Of a DNA stretch of 64,000 nucleotides, positions 13,500 to 27,688 are shown piece by piece. The notes beneath the pieces are model-generated. The model ran no database searches, had not been told where the DNA came from, and was given only the letters and a program-made list of their open reading frames with translations. The stretch's first letter is position 1, and every line of letters starts with the position of its first letter. The translations under genes and the position numbers were made by a program. The stretch covers positions 163,246,001 through 163,310,000 of the forward strand of contig JBITNC010000001.1 of assembly GCA_050084985.1 (NCBI GenBank), read 5' to 3'. The stretch is from Nageia nagi. Taxonomy: Eukaryota; Plantae; Pinophyta.

Positions 13500-15638
13500 A
13501 AAATAGGTTCCAATTCATCTTATTTTTTAATTGGGATCGGTTTGAATTACCTTGTATACAATACACTTATCAGTTTGATTTTGAACCTATGCAAGTGTTG
13601 GGTCAGGTATAAAGTGACATGGTTGTCTGAGAATTTTTTGCCTTGCACCACGGTAGATTTTGAATCTTTTCAACCCTTATGTTATAGTAAAAACCATTCT
13701 CCCTGCCTGTTTGGTTCCATTAGTAATTTACATACACAATAATAGTCAAAGTGTGAACAAACCATGAAACGTTTCTATGAAATGCATTAAGAATAGATTT
13801 TAGCCATACTTATTTCAAATGCAGGTGGTAGGATTTAATGGTACCATTTATTTCTTGGCCAGCATGTGGCATGAAGTGAAAACATTTTGCCCACATGCTT
13901 ATCCTCCCATGTCAATGATCATTGAAGTACTTAACAAATGTAACTTGTTTTTTGTCCTCTTCTAGAAGCTTGATTGCGGAGGCAGTTGCAACATCCTCAT
14001 TGGGAGATGTATGCATAATCTCACCTAAACATTTTAATATCTCTCGATGAGGTACACCATCCTTTACTTTTGCTATAAGATTTTTTAGCCATGCTCATCG
14101 AATGTGCGAGATGCATAAATACATTTCGCATTTAAAAACCTCTATTTCAAAATACACATAATATGTTACTTAAAAAGTAAAAAATGTGTCACTTTTTCCA
14201 GACTCTATGTATGTTGAGGTAGAGGAAACATGTGAAAACTAGAAAACTCAAAACAAACCAGATATGATAGAAAACTTTGAAAAAATCGGGAAGATAGAAA
14301 AAATATAGAAATTGATAATACCTAATGGCATTTATCTCTGCTGTAGCATCATTGACCATGAATGCATTCAACATCTATGTAGGCTTGTGTACAACAATTT
14401 TGGTCTTGAGTTTCTCCATCTATTGCCTAATATATGAACTATATGTCCTAGAACAAATCCCCTAAGCAATGAGAAGTCCATTATGGTGAGAGTCAAATGC
14501 TAACAAAGTGTACAACATAAATTTCATTTTATTGGTTCCAAATGTTGAATCCATAGCTATTAGACTATTATGCCCATGTTTCATTGTCCACTTTAACTGT
14601 TGAGGTGTTTGAATGCCCAAAACAAATGGCTGCTCAAGTTCTCGAATCTCTTTAGTAAAGTACTGTTGGTAGTAGAATATATTTTCTGTATTATTGGTGA
14701 GGAAGTCATATCTTTCTGTTTGCCCTTTAAATAATGTAAATTTCTCGTGAACAATTTTTTGAGTTTTTTATGAATGGCATCCATTGATAATTCTAAAAAA
14801 AGTAAATTTTCAACCCACTCAAGCAAACTTTTACTATGTTGTGTAGCATGGTATGTTACAATGCTTTTGAAATCACCAATCTCTTGGTCATGGCAAATTT
14901 TGCCATCTTTATTAACATTTTCCATTTGAACGTAAGTTAGCAATGCTAGTTGAGGTTTCTTGACAATAATTTTAACACTAAAGTGGCATTGACATTCCTG
15001 TCTTGGGTGGTTTCGATCGAGTCTACTTTCTTCAACCTCTTGTCTTCTTCATAATACGCTTTAATTGGATCAATTTTTAAAAAATCTTTATATTTATATG
15101 AACACTAATATCTGGAAGGTTTACAAATTTATTGAGAGCATGACAAAATATACTATGAAAAACATTTTCGAATAGGTGTACAATTTGGAAGTTATGTTCT
15201 GAAGTAAAACAAATGAAAATTATACTGTATAACTGCATAGCATATAAAATGAATCAACACACAAAGTGTGTAACATCAACATATAGCATATTGTAATCAT
15301 AAATATCGGATGTATAATTACAACATTGATTAGATATAAGAAAAATATTAAATTACAATGCAAAAAATATTGTAATAAAACATAATATACTGAAGTAGAT
15401 CAATAATTTCAAGTACAGTACTAGTTGTAGACTTGCACAATATACTTGTTTTTTGTTTGAAAGCTTATTGGACATGATGAACATTTTGATTCACCTTCAA
15501 TGAAATCAACAACTTTATCCACCAGGATCCAAGCAATTGGACTTTGTCGCATCCTCGATTGCCCACCATTTCGCATTAAATATATTCAGGAAAAAATATT
15601 CCATCAGTGAGTTTATTTAAAGGGAGAGAGTTAATCAT
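13500..15638 (-). pseudogene. Decayed, intron-containing MULE-type transposase gene of the At1g60560/At4g13970 (MULE+SWIM) class
   Basis: Minus-strand translation by hand gives IAWILVDKVVDFIEGESKCSSCP, Y*CSY, CQCHFSVK..PQLALLTY..NVNKDGKICH, HGHNSLIAMDSTFGTNKMK..LYTLLAFDSHH, AFMVNDATAEINAIR, LCISHIR*AWLKNL, PHAGQEINGTIKSYHLHLK and VSWFVHTLT. These are colinear with my recollection of the Arabidopsis family. Many stops; the SWIM finger is not seen. Confidence 0.8.
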
Positions 15639-17439
15639 ATCTCACTTTCGTACAATGCTTGCTAGTTTGACGTTTGAAAAAATTCAACCACACAACTTTT
15701 TGGTCTTTCAGGAACTATATGTGGTGTGTAATTAATCCAAATAATCTGAAAACAAAAATTCGAAATGTCATTTAACAATTCAGTTTTTAAAGTCGTGCAT
15801 GCATATTTCTAAAAGTAAATATTTTTTTTATCAGTTCCATAGGTTTATTGTTTATAAACTTAGAGAAATTCAATTGATGTATATGATTTGTAAAGACATA
15901 TGTTGGTTAGTTTGTTGGTTTATCTTGTTCAATGCCATGATTAGGTTTTCCGTAGAGTTTTGATTCTTTGAAAGATGTTATGTTGGTTTAAGTGTTTAAA
16001 GCGGTATCTATTGCCTTTGGCTTGGAGCTATTGGGTAGTTATGACACAATGAATGCTGGTGGTTGACCACATAATGCTTCATATGGTGTCAATTTGGCGT
16101 AAGAGTGGTAGAAGGTGTTGTGTCAATATTCGGTAAGAGGGAGCCATTGAATCTAATGAACTAATGGTTAGGAATGAGGCGTCTAAGGTAGGTTTTCAAA
16201 CATTTTTTGATGGCTTTACTTGATCATCTATTTGTGGGTGATAGGTTGAGCTATGCTTTAAGGTGATACCTTGCTATTTGAACAATTCTTGCCATAACTT
16301 AGTGGTGAAAGTGAGATCACGATTGTTGATGATTGAATGTGATATCCCATTAAGTTAGAATATTTGGTTCATGAAGATTTTGGTGGCAATGATTGCTATG
16401 TAGGGATGCCCTAGTGCATATAAACAAGCTTACTTGGTAAGCTAGAACAACATTATGAATATGATAGTTTTACCACCAAAAGTTGGAATCCTTTCAATGA
16501 AATCCATGGATATATTAGACTAAATTATGGAAGGAATATGGAGTGGTAGGAGAAGAGATGGAGACTTAATTGTTTTCCCTTTTCATTATTGCCAAGCGTC
16601 ATAAGTGTCCACAAACTCCTTGATATTTTTTTTTGTACTTTCCCATAAGAATTCCTTTTTCACACTTTGGTAGGTACATAAGTGTCCTCTGATTGGCATG
16701 GAATGCATCTCATGAAGTAGTCTAGTCTCGATGATCGATGTGGTAGAGATTACCAAGTGTTCCTCGTGTAGTATTCCACCCTACTAGGAGTAATTGTGAT
16801 GGGATGCTTGATTTACCATTAGGCCCTTGATGTTTTTGGAGAGTTGTGGATCATTGATCCATTTCGTCTATTCCTCCTTAAACCATACTTTTCTAGGAAA
16901 ATACAAAGCATAAAGTGTGCATATTTCCTCAAGTAGACGAGAGAGTGTGTTTGCCACCACGTTCGCCTTACCCTTGTAGTAAATGATCTCATAATCATAG
17001 GCAATGAGTTTGGAAAGGAGACTCGTTGTTCCAAAAGTACTTTAAGATATGATGGTAAATTTTGATTTGGAAATGCCCTTCTAGGAGATATGGGCTTTAG
17101 TGAGTCATTGGTTGAACGATTGCAAGAATTTTCTTTTTATAAGTTGATTTATCAAGGTTCTTGCCAATCAAAGTCTTGCTCATGAGTGCAAGTGGATCCC
17201 TTCTTGCATGAGCATAGTGCCAATGCCTACCCAACATGCATCATTCTTAATGTGAAATGTTTTGGTGAAGTTCAACATAGTGAGCATTGTTGTGGTGCAT
17301 GTGTGAGCTTCAATTGATGAAATGCCAACTCAACCATTTTCATCCAGGTGAATGACTTCCTTTTTAGCTTGGTAGTGAGGGGCATGACTATAGTACTTTA
17401 GTCTTTGACAAACTTTTGTTAGTAGCCTATGAGACCCAA

Positions 17440-18408
17440 TGTAATGCCCCCAATTTCGAGAAACCTTGTTGAAGGCATAGCTTTCCTCACAATCCATGGA
17501 TCGTTGATTTGTCTTTTGGAATGAATAGAGAATCTTGTGCCAATCGTTTTGATAGGTCACACAACATGGTTGCGTCAAGAAATGGGGAAGATATGGACTT
17601 TCGAAGATTTGCCCCTGGGAGCCAGTTTCCTATTATCGTGTGCGTGGGACCCAATTTATTAATATTGTATTTAGTATTGTTTGTGATACTTATAATTAAT
17701 GGTTTGGCCCTATGAGGGGTATTAGGAGTGAATTATATTTAGATTAGGAGTCTTTGTTATTTTATAATAAAAGTGGGCCATGTTTTGTAATAAGGAAATA
17801 TATTATTCCTTAATTGCCCAACGTCTAGCTTAGGAGTCATTTGTCAATTAAGAGTTATTTATATTTTTGGGTTGGGTCGGCCAACCACAAATTAGAATTG
17901 GACTTCTATAAAATGGAAGTGAGCACCTCATTTGAAGACATCATCTTGTGCATTCGATCTTGGATCATTCGGAGCTTACGGATGCTTACCTTCTCTACCT
18001 TCTAGGGCTTAGGGCTACTCCTTAATCTAGAAGTGGCTCATCTACACTTCTACATCCCTTGGAGAGCTTGCACCTATCATTCTTGCCACTTGGGAGATTG
18101 CGCCAATCTCGAATGTGAATGAATGTTCTTATATATTTCTCCTATGCGTCTATCTTCTTTGTGCATGGGAATGTATGCGAATTGAGTACTTTTGGAGCTA
18201 CATTTTTGTTACATAACAAATTTAATTTGTGCTCTAGTTTTGGTCATATTCACATGTTATGAGAGCTTTATATCAGATTTGGCTATTGCTGTTATATTCC
18301 AATTTTGAGCGCATGTTTGGATGGTTAATGAGCATGTTCATTGATGCCCTAATTTGTGAATGCGGAATTGAATGCTAAATTGGATAAAACCTAGAAAGGT
18401 ACATTACA
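17440..18408 (+). mobile_element. Solo LTR (Gypsy type, 969 bp)
   Basis: TGTAATG...CATTACA termini and perfect TSD cccaa (17435-39 / 18409-13). Homologous to the LTR at 34069-34980. Confidence 0.92.
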
Positions 18409-18651
18409 CCCAAAAATCCTTATATTCTTTTCAAGGTGTGGGGTTTTGGCCATTCTTTCATTTTCATTATCTTTTTTAGATCTACTTGCTTAAAGGCATG
18501 TGCCCTAGTTACTTGACTATTTGCACCCACAAGCGCATTTGGAGTTCTTGATATAGAATTGGTTTTCTCAAAGTAATTGCAATGTGTTATTAAGGTGTTG
18601 GATATGGTCTCTCCAATATTTGCTATAAATAAGGATATCATCAAAGAATAC

Positions 18652-19067
18652 TATTAGAAATTGAGTTGAGTTGACCGGGCAATTCACTTGGTTTCAACAT
18701 TCTGTTCGAGTTACTAACAAAATGCAACTGGTCAGAGTGTTTCATCAAGAAATGCGTAGGCGTTTTGTACCTTGCGCGTTTCATCAATATTTTTGGCATC
18801 TTTCCAGTTTTAGTGTGTTTTGGCATTTTTCTATCTTGTTTGATTAGCATACATTGTGTGGATTGTCGTTGTAATCATAAGGAACATGTAGGAATGTAGT
18901 TTAGTGGTTTATTATTGTATTGAAAAAGATTTTACATTGTTTTCTAGTAGATTTAGTTGTACATGAGAATATCAATCTCAAATTGTACTCTATATTCTAG
19001 TTGCATTAGTGAACTATACATATATAATGTTTCGTTTGATAATATAATTCAATGAGCATATTTCTCA
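18652..19067 (+). mobile_element. Probable solo LTR (~416 bp) inserted just upstream of the RT FFDD motif
   Basis: TA(TG?)TTAGAAA...TTTCTCA termini and TSD aatac/gatac. Removing it rejoins the RT frame LKPYLWIFV*|VFFDDILIYS. Strand is tentative. Confidence 0.7.
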
Positions 19068-19163
19068 GATACCTATACAAATATCCAAAGATAGGGTTTC
19101 AAGATATAATTCATTAAAGTTTGGAAGGTGGAGGGTGTACTAGGGAATGACATCACTCTAAAC

Positions 19164-22100
19164 CAAGGTTCCATGGTGAGTCGGGAGCGGCGGAGGTTCA
19201 TTTTTAGGGAGCGTCTCTGATTCAGCAGATGGAGCAGCTAGTAAAAAATCCCTAGGTTTTTTAGATTTTTTCTTGTTCACTGTTTCTAATTCATTTTTAC
19301 TATCAACTATATACCAAATATGAATTTAAATTACAAAACATAATCAAGTATGAATTTGAAAGGTAAAAACTAGAAACGAGAAATCAGAGCGAGCCATAAT
19401 GTCATTAAGTGACAAACAACTAACAAGTTTGCATCATTGGTACATAATGTCATAATATCAAAATGAGTCCTAATGTCATAGTAGCGAAATGCCAAAGGCA
19501 CAAAATAACAAAAACTATCAAGTATTAATACCATCAAACGGCTCTAGCCTCTAAGGCTCTAAGTCAAATCCTTTGGTTCTAAGGACTCATGTGCCCCTAA
19601 TATATTTTGATTGTAGTTAGAATCAACATCCTTCTCATACATATCATGATCATCTGATGAGCTTCCCTCATCATCCAACTGGATACACTCTATATCCAAT
19701 GGCAATCCTATCAACCACTGAGCATCATCATCAACCTCCTGACTAGCTGCCTCTACAGGATCAATATCCCATCGTGAAAGTGGACTAGCTTTATACTCTG
19801 GCTTCACCCTTTCACGAAGGTGAAGATAACTATGCACCGCTACTAGCTTCTTTGCTCTCTTTGGGGTAAGCTTGTTCCTCCTCATGCTGTGGATGAAGCC
19901 ATATGTGGACCAATTCCTCTCTGCAGCAGAGGAACTACCGACCTACAAACAAATTTGTCATTTGATAAAATTAGAATTAGAAGCATGAAACATCAAAGTT
20001 CAAACAATTTGAATTATTCAAATTTGAAATTTCTTCTACTAACCTGAGAATGGAGCCTAACTGCAAGTTGCCTCAATTTTGGAGCATCATCCCCATATAG
20101 ATCACACCATCCAATGGGATCACTTTGGGCAATGGTAGCCCTATCCTCTCTACACTCTAGTGTGCTAAAACGAGGACTCTTTTAAGTCTTGAAAATTGCA
20201 TGAATTGTTTTCTAAGGGTGGCAGTTTCTTCTGATATATATACCTTTTTCAAGAACTTCATGAATCCATTTTTCACTTCTGAATCATTAACGGGTATATT
20301 TTTGTCTTCCTTGGGCACATACCATTTCGGATTTCGAGCATGGGCAGCCATATGCATTGGGGTGTTCATCTTAGTCCACCTATAAGAAATTAAAAAATAA
20401 AGTTAAAAACTTAAAACTACAAAGTACAAACAACAATGAATCAACGTTTGTTACATTTCTTATGGTTACCTGTTCTTTATAATGGGAAGAATGTAGTTTG
20501 TATAAAATGAGGGATCTTTGGCAGTAATGATATCTTTCATTCGCTCAACCATGCTATCAAAAGTCTCATATATTTCTCTTAAATTAGGAGAATCTGTATC
20601 ACCATATCTAATGACATCATGGATTGGAGCAATGAAAGTAACCATGTACCTACAAGGATTAAAAAAAAAAAAAGTTAAAAAACTACATCGTAATATAAAC
20701 AATCAATAACAAAAAATTTAAATGAAATTTCATTTACCTAATTTCATTCCATCGACTATCATTTAAGATTTTCAATCTATGTGCTTTTCCCTCATTTGAA
20801 TTAGATTCCTTCCCCTTCTTCCATTTTGATGACACTAACATGGATTGGAGTGGTTGCTGTAACTCAAACATCCTCTCCAAGAGAAGGTAATATGTGGCAT
20901 ATCTTGTTTCAGTAGGTTTGATGAACTCCTATGAGAAGCACCGAAACAAGGCTATTGATGTGTGATGGTTGCAAATAAACATTTGCATCTTTTTAGCCTC
21001 TTGAACTATATCCTTCACCCATTCGATTTTTCCAATATCTCTCAAAGCACTGTTCAAAGCATGCACACAATATGGAGTTCAATAAATATGTTTAAAAGTG
21101 GACTCGACCAATTTATGTGCTCTCTTACAAATAGGGCCTGCATCTGTAATGAGCTGGAAGACATCAAAATATTAAAATTAAAATTAAAATATTAAATATT
21201 GAAAAATTAAAAGCAAAACAAATAAAATGAAAAGTATAAATACTATAAAATTAAAAATAAAATAGCAAAATAACTTTACCTGCACAACATTGGATGGGCC
21301 AACATCCTCAATAGCTTGCTTCAAGAGATGAAACTGGAACTCTGAATCATTTTTCTTCCCAGGGCAATCAATAGCTTGAAGAAAAAAAGGATCATCTGGA
21401 CATGTAACAATTATATTGATGAGTGGATGCTGACGAATGTCAGTCCATCCATCCATCACTATGGAACACCCATTATGTACCCATGATGTTTTCATTGTAT
21501 GCATCATCAAAGTACATTTAGCATAATGCTTCTCCGAAAGACTAGTACGAAGTCTAGTCTCCCTAGGAAGAACATATGAAGGCCTTGCTTCCCTTACTTT
21601 TTCAAATGCATCTTTGAAATAGGGTGACCGTGCAAGATGGAAGGGCAACCCATGTGCATAAAAAAAGAAACCCAAAGCATGATCAACAATTTCTTTTGCT
21701 TGTATATTCAATGCATCATGTATGTTCCCTTTTTTTCTTGATGGAGGCAATGTAGGATTCGGTAAATTAGAAGAAGCAAGGTGTGTGGAAGAAGATGCAT
21801 ATGGACTGGTAGTGGGAGATGGATGGGTAGGAGTAGGGCGGCTAGATTAAATATTCTCATTTCTTTGTTCTTTTAAATTAGGTTTAGTGCCCATATGTGT
21901 AATCCTTATAGTTTGTGCAAATTGGAATTTGTTTACATTTGGACACTTTCTCACCCCACATCCTGTTTTATGTGAGAGGTGTGCATCTAGCCTAGTATAG
22001 CTTTCTGTAAATCTAGTTGAACAAAAATTACAAACACTTTTTTCCCTCCTTTGGTTGAACTTGAAGTATTTTTTGCCATGGGATCATTTCTAAAAAATTG

Positions 22101-22805
22101 CTATAGAGGTTTTTTGGAATTAAATGGTCCTACGACAAATGGTTTTAACAACATATAGGGACAATCAAAATTAATTGTGCCAAAATTGTTGCCCCTAGAA
22201 GTTTGTGATTGTTGAGTTTGTACATGATGCATATTTATGTTTACATTTTGGATTTCAATTTCTTCATCACTTCCACTTTCATTTCCAGGAACAAAAGCCT
22301 CACTATCACTATCCATTTTGATTTTAGATTCTGGATAAAAAAAAATTTAAAATCAAAATGTAACTCTTTACAATATCTAAAATTTTTAAGAATCTAACTA
22401 GTAAGAAATAGAGAGAAAGAAATCTACCTTGTTGTCCTCCTCCTTGCTATAGTTTTTCCTTCTTCACTCCTTTTAGTCCTCTCTCGTTGTTGCTATGTTT
22501 TTTCTTCCTCATTGTTTTTTATTGGGGCTGCACAAAAAATAGGAGAATTGAAACTAAGATTGAGAGGTTATAGTCACCTTTTAGGGTTTGGAGGGGGGTG
22601 GGGGCATGAGTGGGACCCACCCCTATTCATTTTATTTCAAGGTTTAAGTTTTTTTTTTTTTTTAATTTTTTAAAACCTTGGGCAAATTATTTTTCCACCG
22701 GAGCGGTTGGACGCTCTGGTGGCTCTCCGAACAGGGGCAAGGTCCCGATCTGCTCCGGTCCATCGGAAGTGTCGGGAGCCGCTTCGGCGCTTTGGTGGAC
22801 CCTTG
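19164..22805 (-). mobile_element. hAT DNA transposon (BED finger, DUF659, hAT dimerisation domain), full length
   Basis: TIRs caaggttcca / tggacccttg and perfect 8-bp TSD ctctaaac (19156-63 / 22806-13). The intron-containing transposase has LPFHLARSPYF, GCSIVMDGWTD, MNTPMHMAAH and RRNKLT..LVAVHS. Confidence 0.93.
19559..22316 (-). pseudogene. hAT transposase, decayed
   Basis: ORF fragments 19559-19885, 20157-20369, 20466-20702 and 21184-21750, plus a BED finger at ~21940-22050 (CNFC..HL..C). Frameshifted. Confidence 0.85.
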
Positions 22806-24645
22806 CTCTAAACGCATAATGATTTTCATATATTTAAAAATCCAATTTAGGAATGGCATTGTTGCTCGTGCAGATTTGGTGGTAGCTTGAGCAAAGGTCC
22901 AATATAATGAAGAATAACACCCTATGGTATTCATCCAATAAGTCATTGATGATCAAATCAAGACATTTATCCTTGATGGTTTGTCAATTTAGCTTTAGAA
23001 GTCCAAACACATCCTTTAGGATCCATCATTTTTTTGACTAACAAGATGGGGTTGAGAAGGTTTTGACATTAGGTTAGATGAATTTGAAATTCAATAGTTC
23101 CTTGACCATCTTCTCAATCTCATTCTTTTGGTTATATGGGTATCTATATGACCTTATTTTTGGTAGGAGGCTTCTTCTAATCCAGCGAATATGGTGGTCT
23201 TATTGTATGATTGGGGTAACTCAATTGACTTTGCAAATACATTGTCATACTTGATGATCATTTGCATTTTTGGTTGAAGTTCTATTGTTGAGATTGAGGC
23301 CAACTGTATTTGATAGAATTGTGCAAGCACTCCATGATGATCCTTCTTCAGACATTTCTCCATTCAATGTGACTAGACAATTTATGAGGAGTCTGCTTGT
23401 AGCATCTTGAGAGTGAGATTTACCTTCAATTTTACATTGCATCCATAGTCCAAACAAATCCTATAATATTGGGACAAGAGTTCTCAACCATTGATACCTT
23501 AAGACCAAGTTAAATCCCCCCAATTCAAGGGCATAGAAATCTTATTGTAGTTGATAGCCCTCAATGTTTAGTCAAGCATTACAATAGTTACCTCCATAGG
23601 GCATTTTTCTTCCATTTGTTACCATGACTTGGAAACTATTACTTGCATAGACAAAACATTTGGCTTTCTTTGCTAATCCAAGGTCAATAAAGTTGTATGT
23701 GCTTCGTGAATCTAAGAGCATAAGCACCTTGTGCCCTTTGACATATCCTATAACCTTCATAGTTTGTGGAGAAATTACTCTCATCGAAGTGTGTTTGAAA
23801 ATTTGAGGGATATCCTTTTCTGATGGTTTTGTTGATAGGTTGAAAGGTTCTTGATCTACTTTGGATTGTGTTATAGTTTCCTCATTGGTAGTTCACAAGA
23901 TGGACTAGCTTCCACATTTAGTAAATGTATTCATTGTTCCTTGTGATTTGATGATTATTTTTTATCATAATTGTAACAAAGTCCTTTGGTACTGTTGGTA
24001 GCCTAGTGTGGCTGAAAACAACTATGTAGGTTTGTTGTGAAAGAGCAGTGAATGGTTGGTTTTTTGTTGAGCATGGCATTTTCCTTTTACAAGCTTGTCT
24101 AGGCCTATCGCCTTCATCCAAGTATCAGGGTTGAAGAATTGCACTTCAACCTTTACATCCGCTTGCAAATCATTGATGAAGGAACTCTTGAAGAATCTGT
24201 TTGGTAGCTTTCTTGTGTAATTTGCTAGCTTCTCAAATGTTGTGAGGTAATCTTTAATTGTACCAGTTTGGCATAATTTAGTCAAAGCATTGGTGAAGTC
24301 TTCAAATTCACTTGGTTTGAACCGGGTGAGGAGTTCATCTGTGAATTGAGTCTAGTTGAGTGTATGATGCATCTTCTGTAACCATTGATACCAATGATTA
24401 GTGTCATGATTGAGGTAGAATGTCTCTAATAGACCCATTGGTTATATTGAGTTTGATGGAGTTCAAACAATTACTCAACTTTGAGGGTTTGTGCCATCAA
24501 ATTTTGGAAAATTTAATTTTGTTAATCTGGCTAAATGGAGGAATTTTTGCCGATAGAATTATTGTTTCCCCATTCCCATTTGGTGCTTTTGTGTTCCTTA
24601 AGGATAGACACCTCTTGTGCCAAATTGTTTTGGATAACTTGAAAG

Positions 24646-25699
24646 TTGTGTTCCACGGAGATGTGTATTGGCCCCCAAAACGCTCATATCTATGTTTCGG
24701 CCATTTTGGATATGGGTACAAAATGTCTTGCCGATGTACCACCTTATCAAAAAATGCTTTGAAATGTTTCCCTAATTGGGTTACGTCCAACCGTCCTTGA
24801 AAAAGCTAGACATCCACATGATGTCTTAGAAACTCCCAGGCATCTCCAGATGCATAGGCATCCCTAGTATGTCGAGAGGACACCTGGGCGTTCCCCATGT
24901 GGTGGGGTGGCAAATTTTTTTTAACTATTATATGATTTTGACAAATGCTACCTTAAGGTTTGGTGTGCTATGCAAGTTCTGGATCTTTTAATTTTTTTGT
25001 AGAAATAATGCTTTTGAAAGGACTTGGTTTTGACATGTTGTATAGGGTAGAAACATTCACAACTACATAATTGTGAACATGTTGTACAAGCTAGAAAATT
25101 AAAAATTTCATTGCATACAAACCTGTCAATTGGCAGTTGCCACTTGCCACAATCTATGACATACACAAACAAGTTGTCAAGTATAGGACATTGTTCACAA
25201 GTTTAGAATTATTACAAACTTACAAACAAGCATATTGTTACAAGTTTACAACTATTACAACTTACAAACAAGCATATTGTTACAAATTTACAAACCAACA
25301 AACATAATACTACACTTACAACTACAAGCATATTGTTACAAGTTTACAAAATACAAATAAGCATATTGTTACAAGTTTACATTGTTACAAACTTACAACT
25401 ACTACAAGTTTACAACTACTCTCATATATGATATATGTCTATGATAATGAAGTATGATTTGAATTTTTGAATTTCACATGTTTGATAATTTTATTATATC
25501 TGCATTTTGATTTTAATGATTAATTAAAATTTCATTAAAATATTTAAAAATAAAAAATTTCAATAGTTATATATATATTTATAATTTTATTATATTTTAA
25601 TATTGCCATACCCCCATTGTACCCTAAATTGGGCCCAAGTCGTACCAATCCTGGGGACACGTCCTACAGTCTCTATCTTGGAAACTTCGTGTCACATAG
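24646..25699. mobile_element. Non-autonomous hAT element / MITE (1054 bp)
   Basis: Perfect 8-bp TSD cttgaaag (24638-45 / 25700-07) and degenerate TIRs ttgtgttccacggag / cttcgtgtcacatag. No coding capacity. Confidence 0.82.
25190..25420. repeat. Short degenerate tandem repeat (caagcatattgttacaagtttaca)n inside the MITE
   Basis: The motif recurs about 5 times. Confidence 0.75.
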
Positions 25700-26513
25700 C
25701 TTGAAAGCCATTGATAATGTCAACTATTTGGGTCAACTTATCACTAATGAGGGTTATTTGAGTCAGTTATTCATCAATTTGTTGCAAGTGAGTTTCAATT
25801 CTTGTTTCAAAAGGCATATCTTGAATTTTGTTTTAGTTTGATAGAAAGGTTATTGGTGACATACCCATAATGATAGTCTTGTTGAGAGGATCTCAATGGG
25901 CCAGGTACCCCATAAGGCATTTTCGGTTTGCTAAAAAGGTCATCGTAGTGCTATATCAAAATGATAGGCTTCTCAAGAGGATTGTAATAGGTTAGGTCGC
26001 TAATAAGTGATTTTGAACTTCTATACATTTTTTTTTACTTCGCTACTTTTTCACATTCACATAAAAAAACAAATAGCATAAGTTCGATGCTCCTAGGTTT
26101 AGGATTGTGTGTTTTTTTTCAACCCTTTGATATATGTGAGAATCGATAAATATTACTCGATTCGATATTTCAGGGCACTAGCCAAGGAGAAAGGTTTTTC
26201 TACTTCTAGTCGTATTATCCATTAACTTTCACATACATGAGGGTGACCTTCTCAAGTGCGGTTCCTTGTACATTGCCAAATCACAAGGTCACAAGTTTCA
26301 TACGTTTAAGTTTCGGTATAACTTCTATGGGCTCCTTTGCTATACATAAGAGCCATGGGAGATGGGAGTTGAAAACCATATACGAGGGTTTGTCTAGGCT
26401 TGGGTATTGGTGTCTAGTCTTTCACATCTTACTTTAGACATAACTTTATGGGTTGGCATGCTTAGCCAATAACAATAGAGCCCTCATAATATTTTAAAAC
26501 CCTTGGTGGTTTG

Positions 26514-27688
26514 TGTAACCTCCCAAATTAGAAAAAATAGTATTTAACGCAAAATTGCAATTTCCAAACCATAACAATTTTATGTGGGCCAAAATAAATC
26601 AGATCTGGAATAAATGACAATTTTGCAACCAAAGAAAATGCTCAAAATTTGTCCAAGGGTTGGATGTCTCACTCCAAGCCACAAACGACTGAATCTAATA
26701 CACCTCAAAATGCTCACAATACTTCCTCAAAACTGAACTAACCACTGCAAGGTTGAGAAGCACTGAAATCGACCTTCCATGCTAGATGCACCACCCCCAC
26801 AAGCTGGACGAACCTTCTTAAGTTGGGAAAACCTTCCAAAAGGCTTACATGATTGGATTTGATCTCTGAAACACAATTGCTTTAGAGCACCTTGTGACTC
26901 CTGTGAGAGATCCACTCCTATGACATAAGGGTTTTTGTCCTTGGTTCACAAAAGCTCCTTGAGGGTTTTCGTTGTCAAGAAACCTCCTTATTGCGGGTTT
27001 TCATCCACGAAAAGGGAAGAAACTAGCTTGATGGCTAAGTCTCAAAGAAGATGATAGATAGCAAAAGACGTCCTTCAATTGATGCGCCACACCCTCATAT
27101 AGCTAGACTTCCCATTTTGGGAGTCTAGATCTCACCCCAAAGTCATGCACAACTGGACGCCTCACAATGCCACTTAAAAAGAGTAAAAATCACACCTAGA
27201 GAGCTATGCTATAAGATTTCAAGTGAGAGCATAAATTAATGCCTCAAAAATATTAAAACCACTCCTAAATATGTCCCGCATAGAGAGGATTAATTCTCTT
27301 TTGGGGCTCACAATTATTCATTAAGTTCCATTATTATTTAAAATATAAAAATCACTCCTAAATACAAATAAAACACTCCTAAATTAATTAAATTGCAATC
27401 ACACATAGCTAGGAGAGGGATGTCTCACTCTTGGTACTCAAATAAGTCATAATGAGTGGAGCGCTCCATTTGTGCATAATTGGATAGTCCTCCACAAGTC
27501 TCCAAACTTCCCCTTGGGCCCCACAAATCTCATGTGAATTTCCAACGTGTCCAAAATCACCCTCAAGATGCCGAGTCTCCTCCAAATCATGACACATCTC
27601 TCCTAGATGTGGAATGTACTTCTCCAAATAGACCATATCATCTTCAAAATATATTTTATGGAAAGGATGTAAAAATGGAAACATTACG
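26514..27688 (-). mobile_element. Probable solo LTR (~1175 bp)
   Basis: TGTAA...CATTAC(g) termini and TSD gtttg/gtttc (4 of 5). Resembles the LTR at 50028-51256. Confidence 0.65.

Larger units (their letters stand above)
15885..25960 (-). mobile_element. Old, decayed Ty3/Gypsy internal region (gag-PR-RT-RH-INT) interrupted by four younger insertions; 3' end missing
   Basis: Gag ~24000-24500 (KLCQTGTIKDYLTTFEKLAN), protease (MLLDSRSTYNFID), RT (YHQI at ~22880, FRVM at ~19160, VFFDDILIYS at 18620-18651), EWPKP..GFLG, RNase H ~16900-17400, and integrase ~15900-16700. The reading continues across each insertion. Confidence 0.85.
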
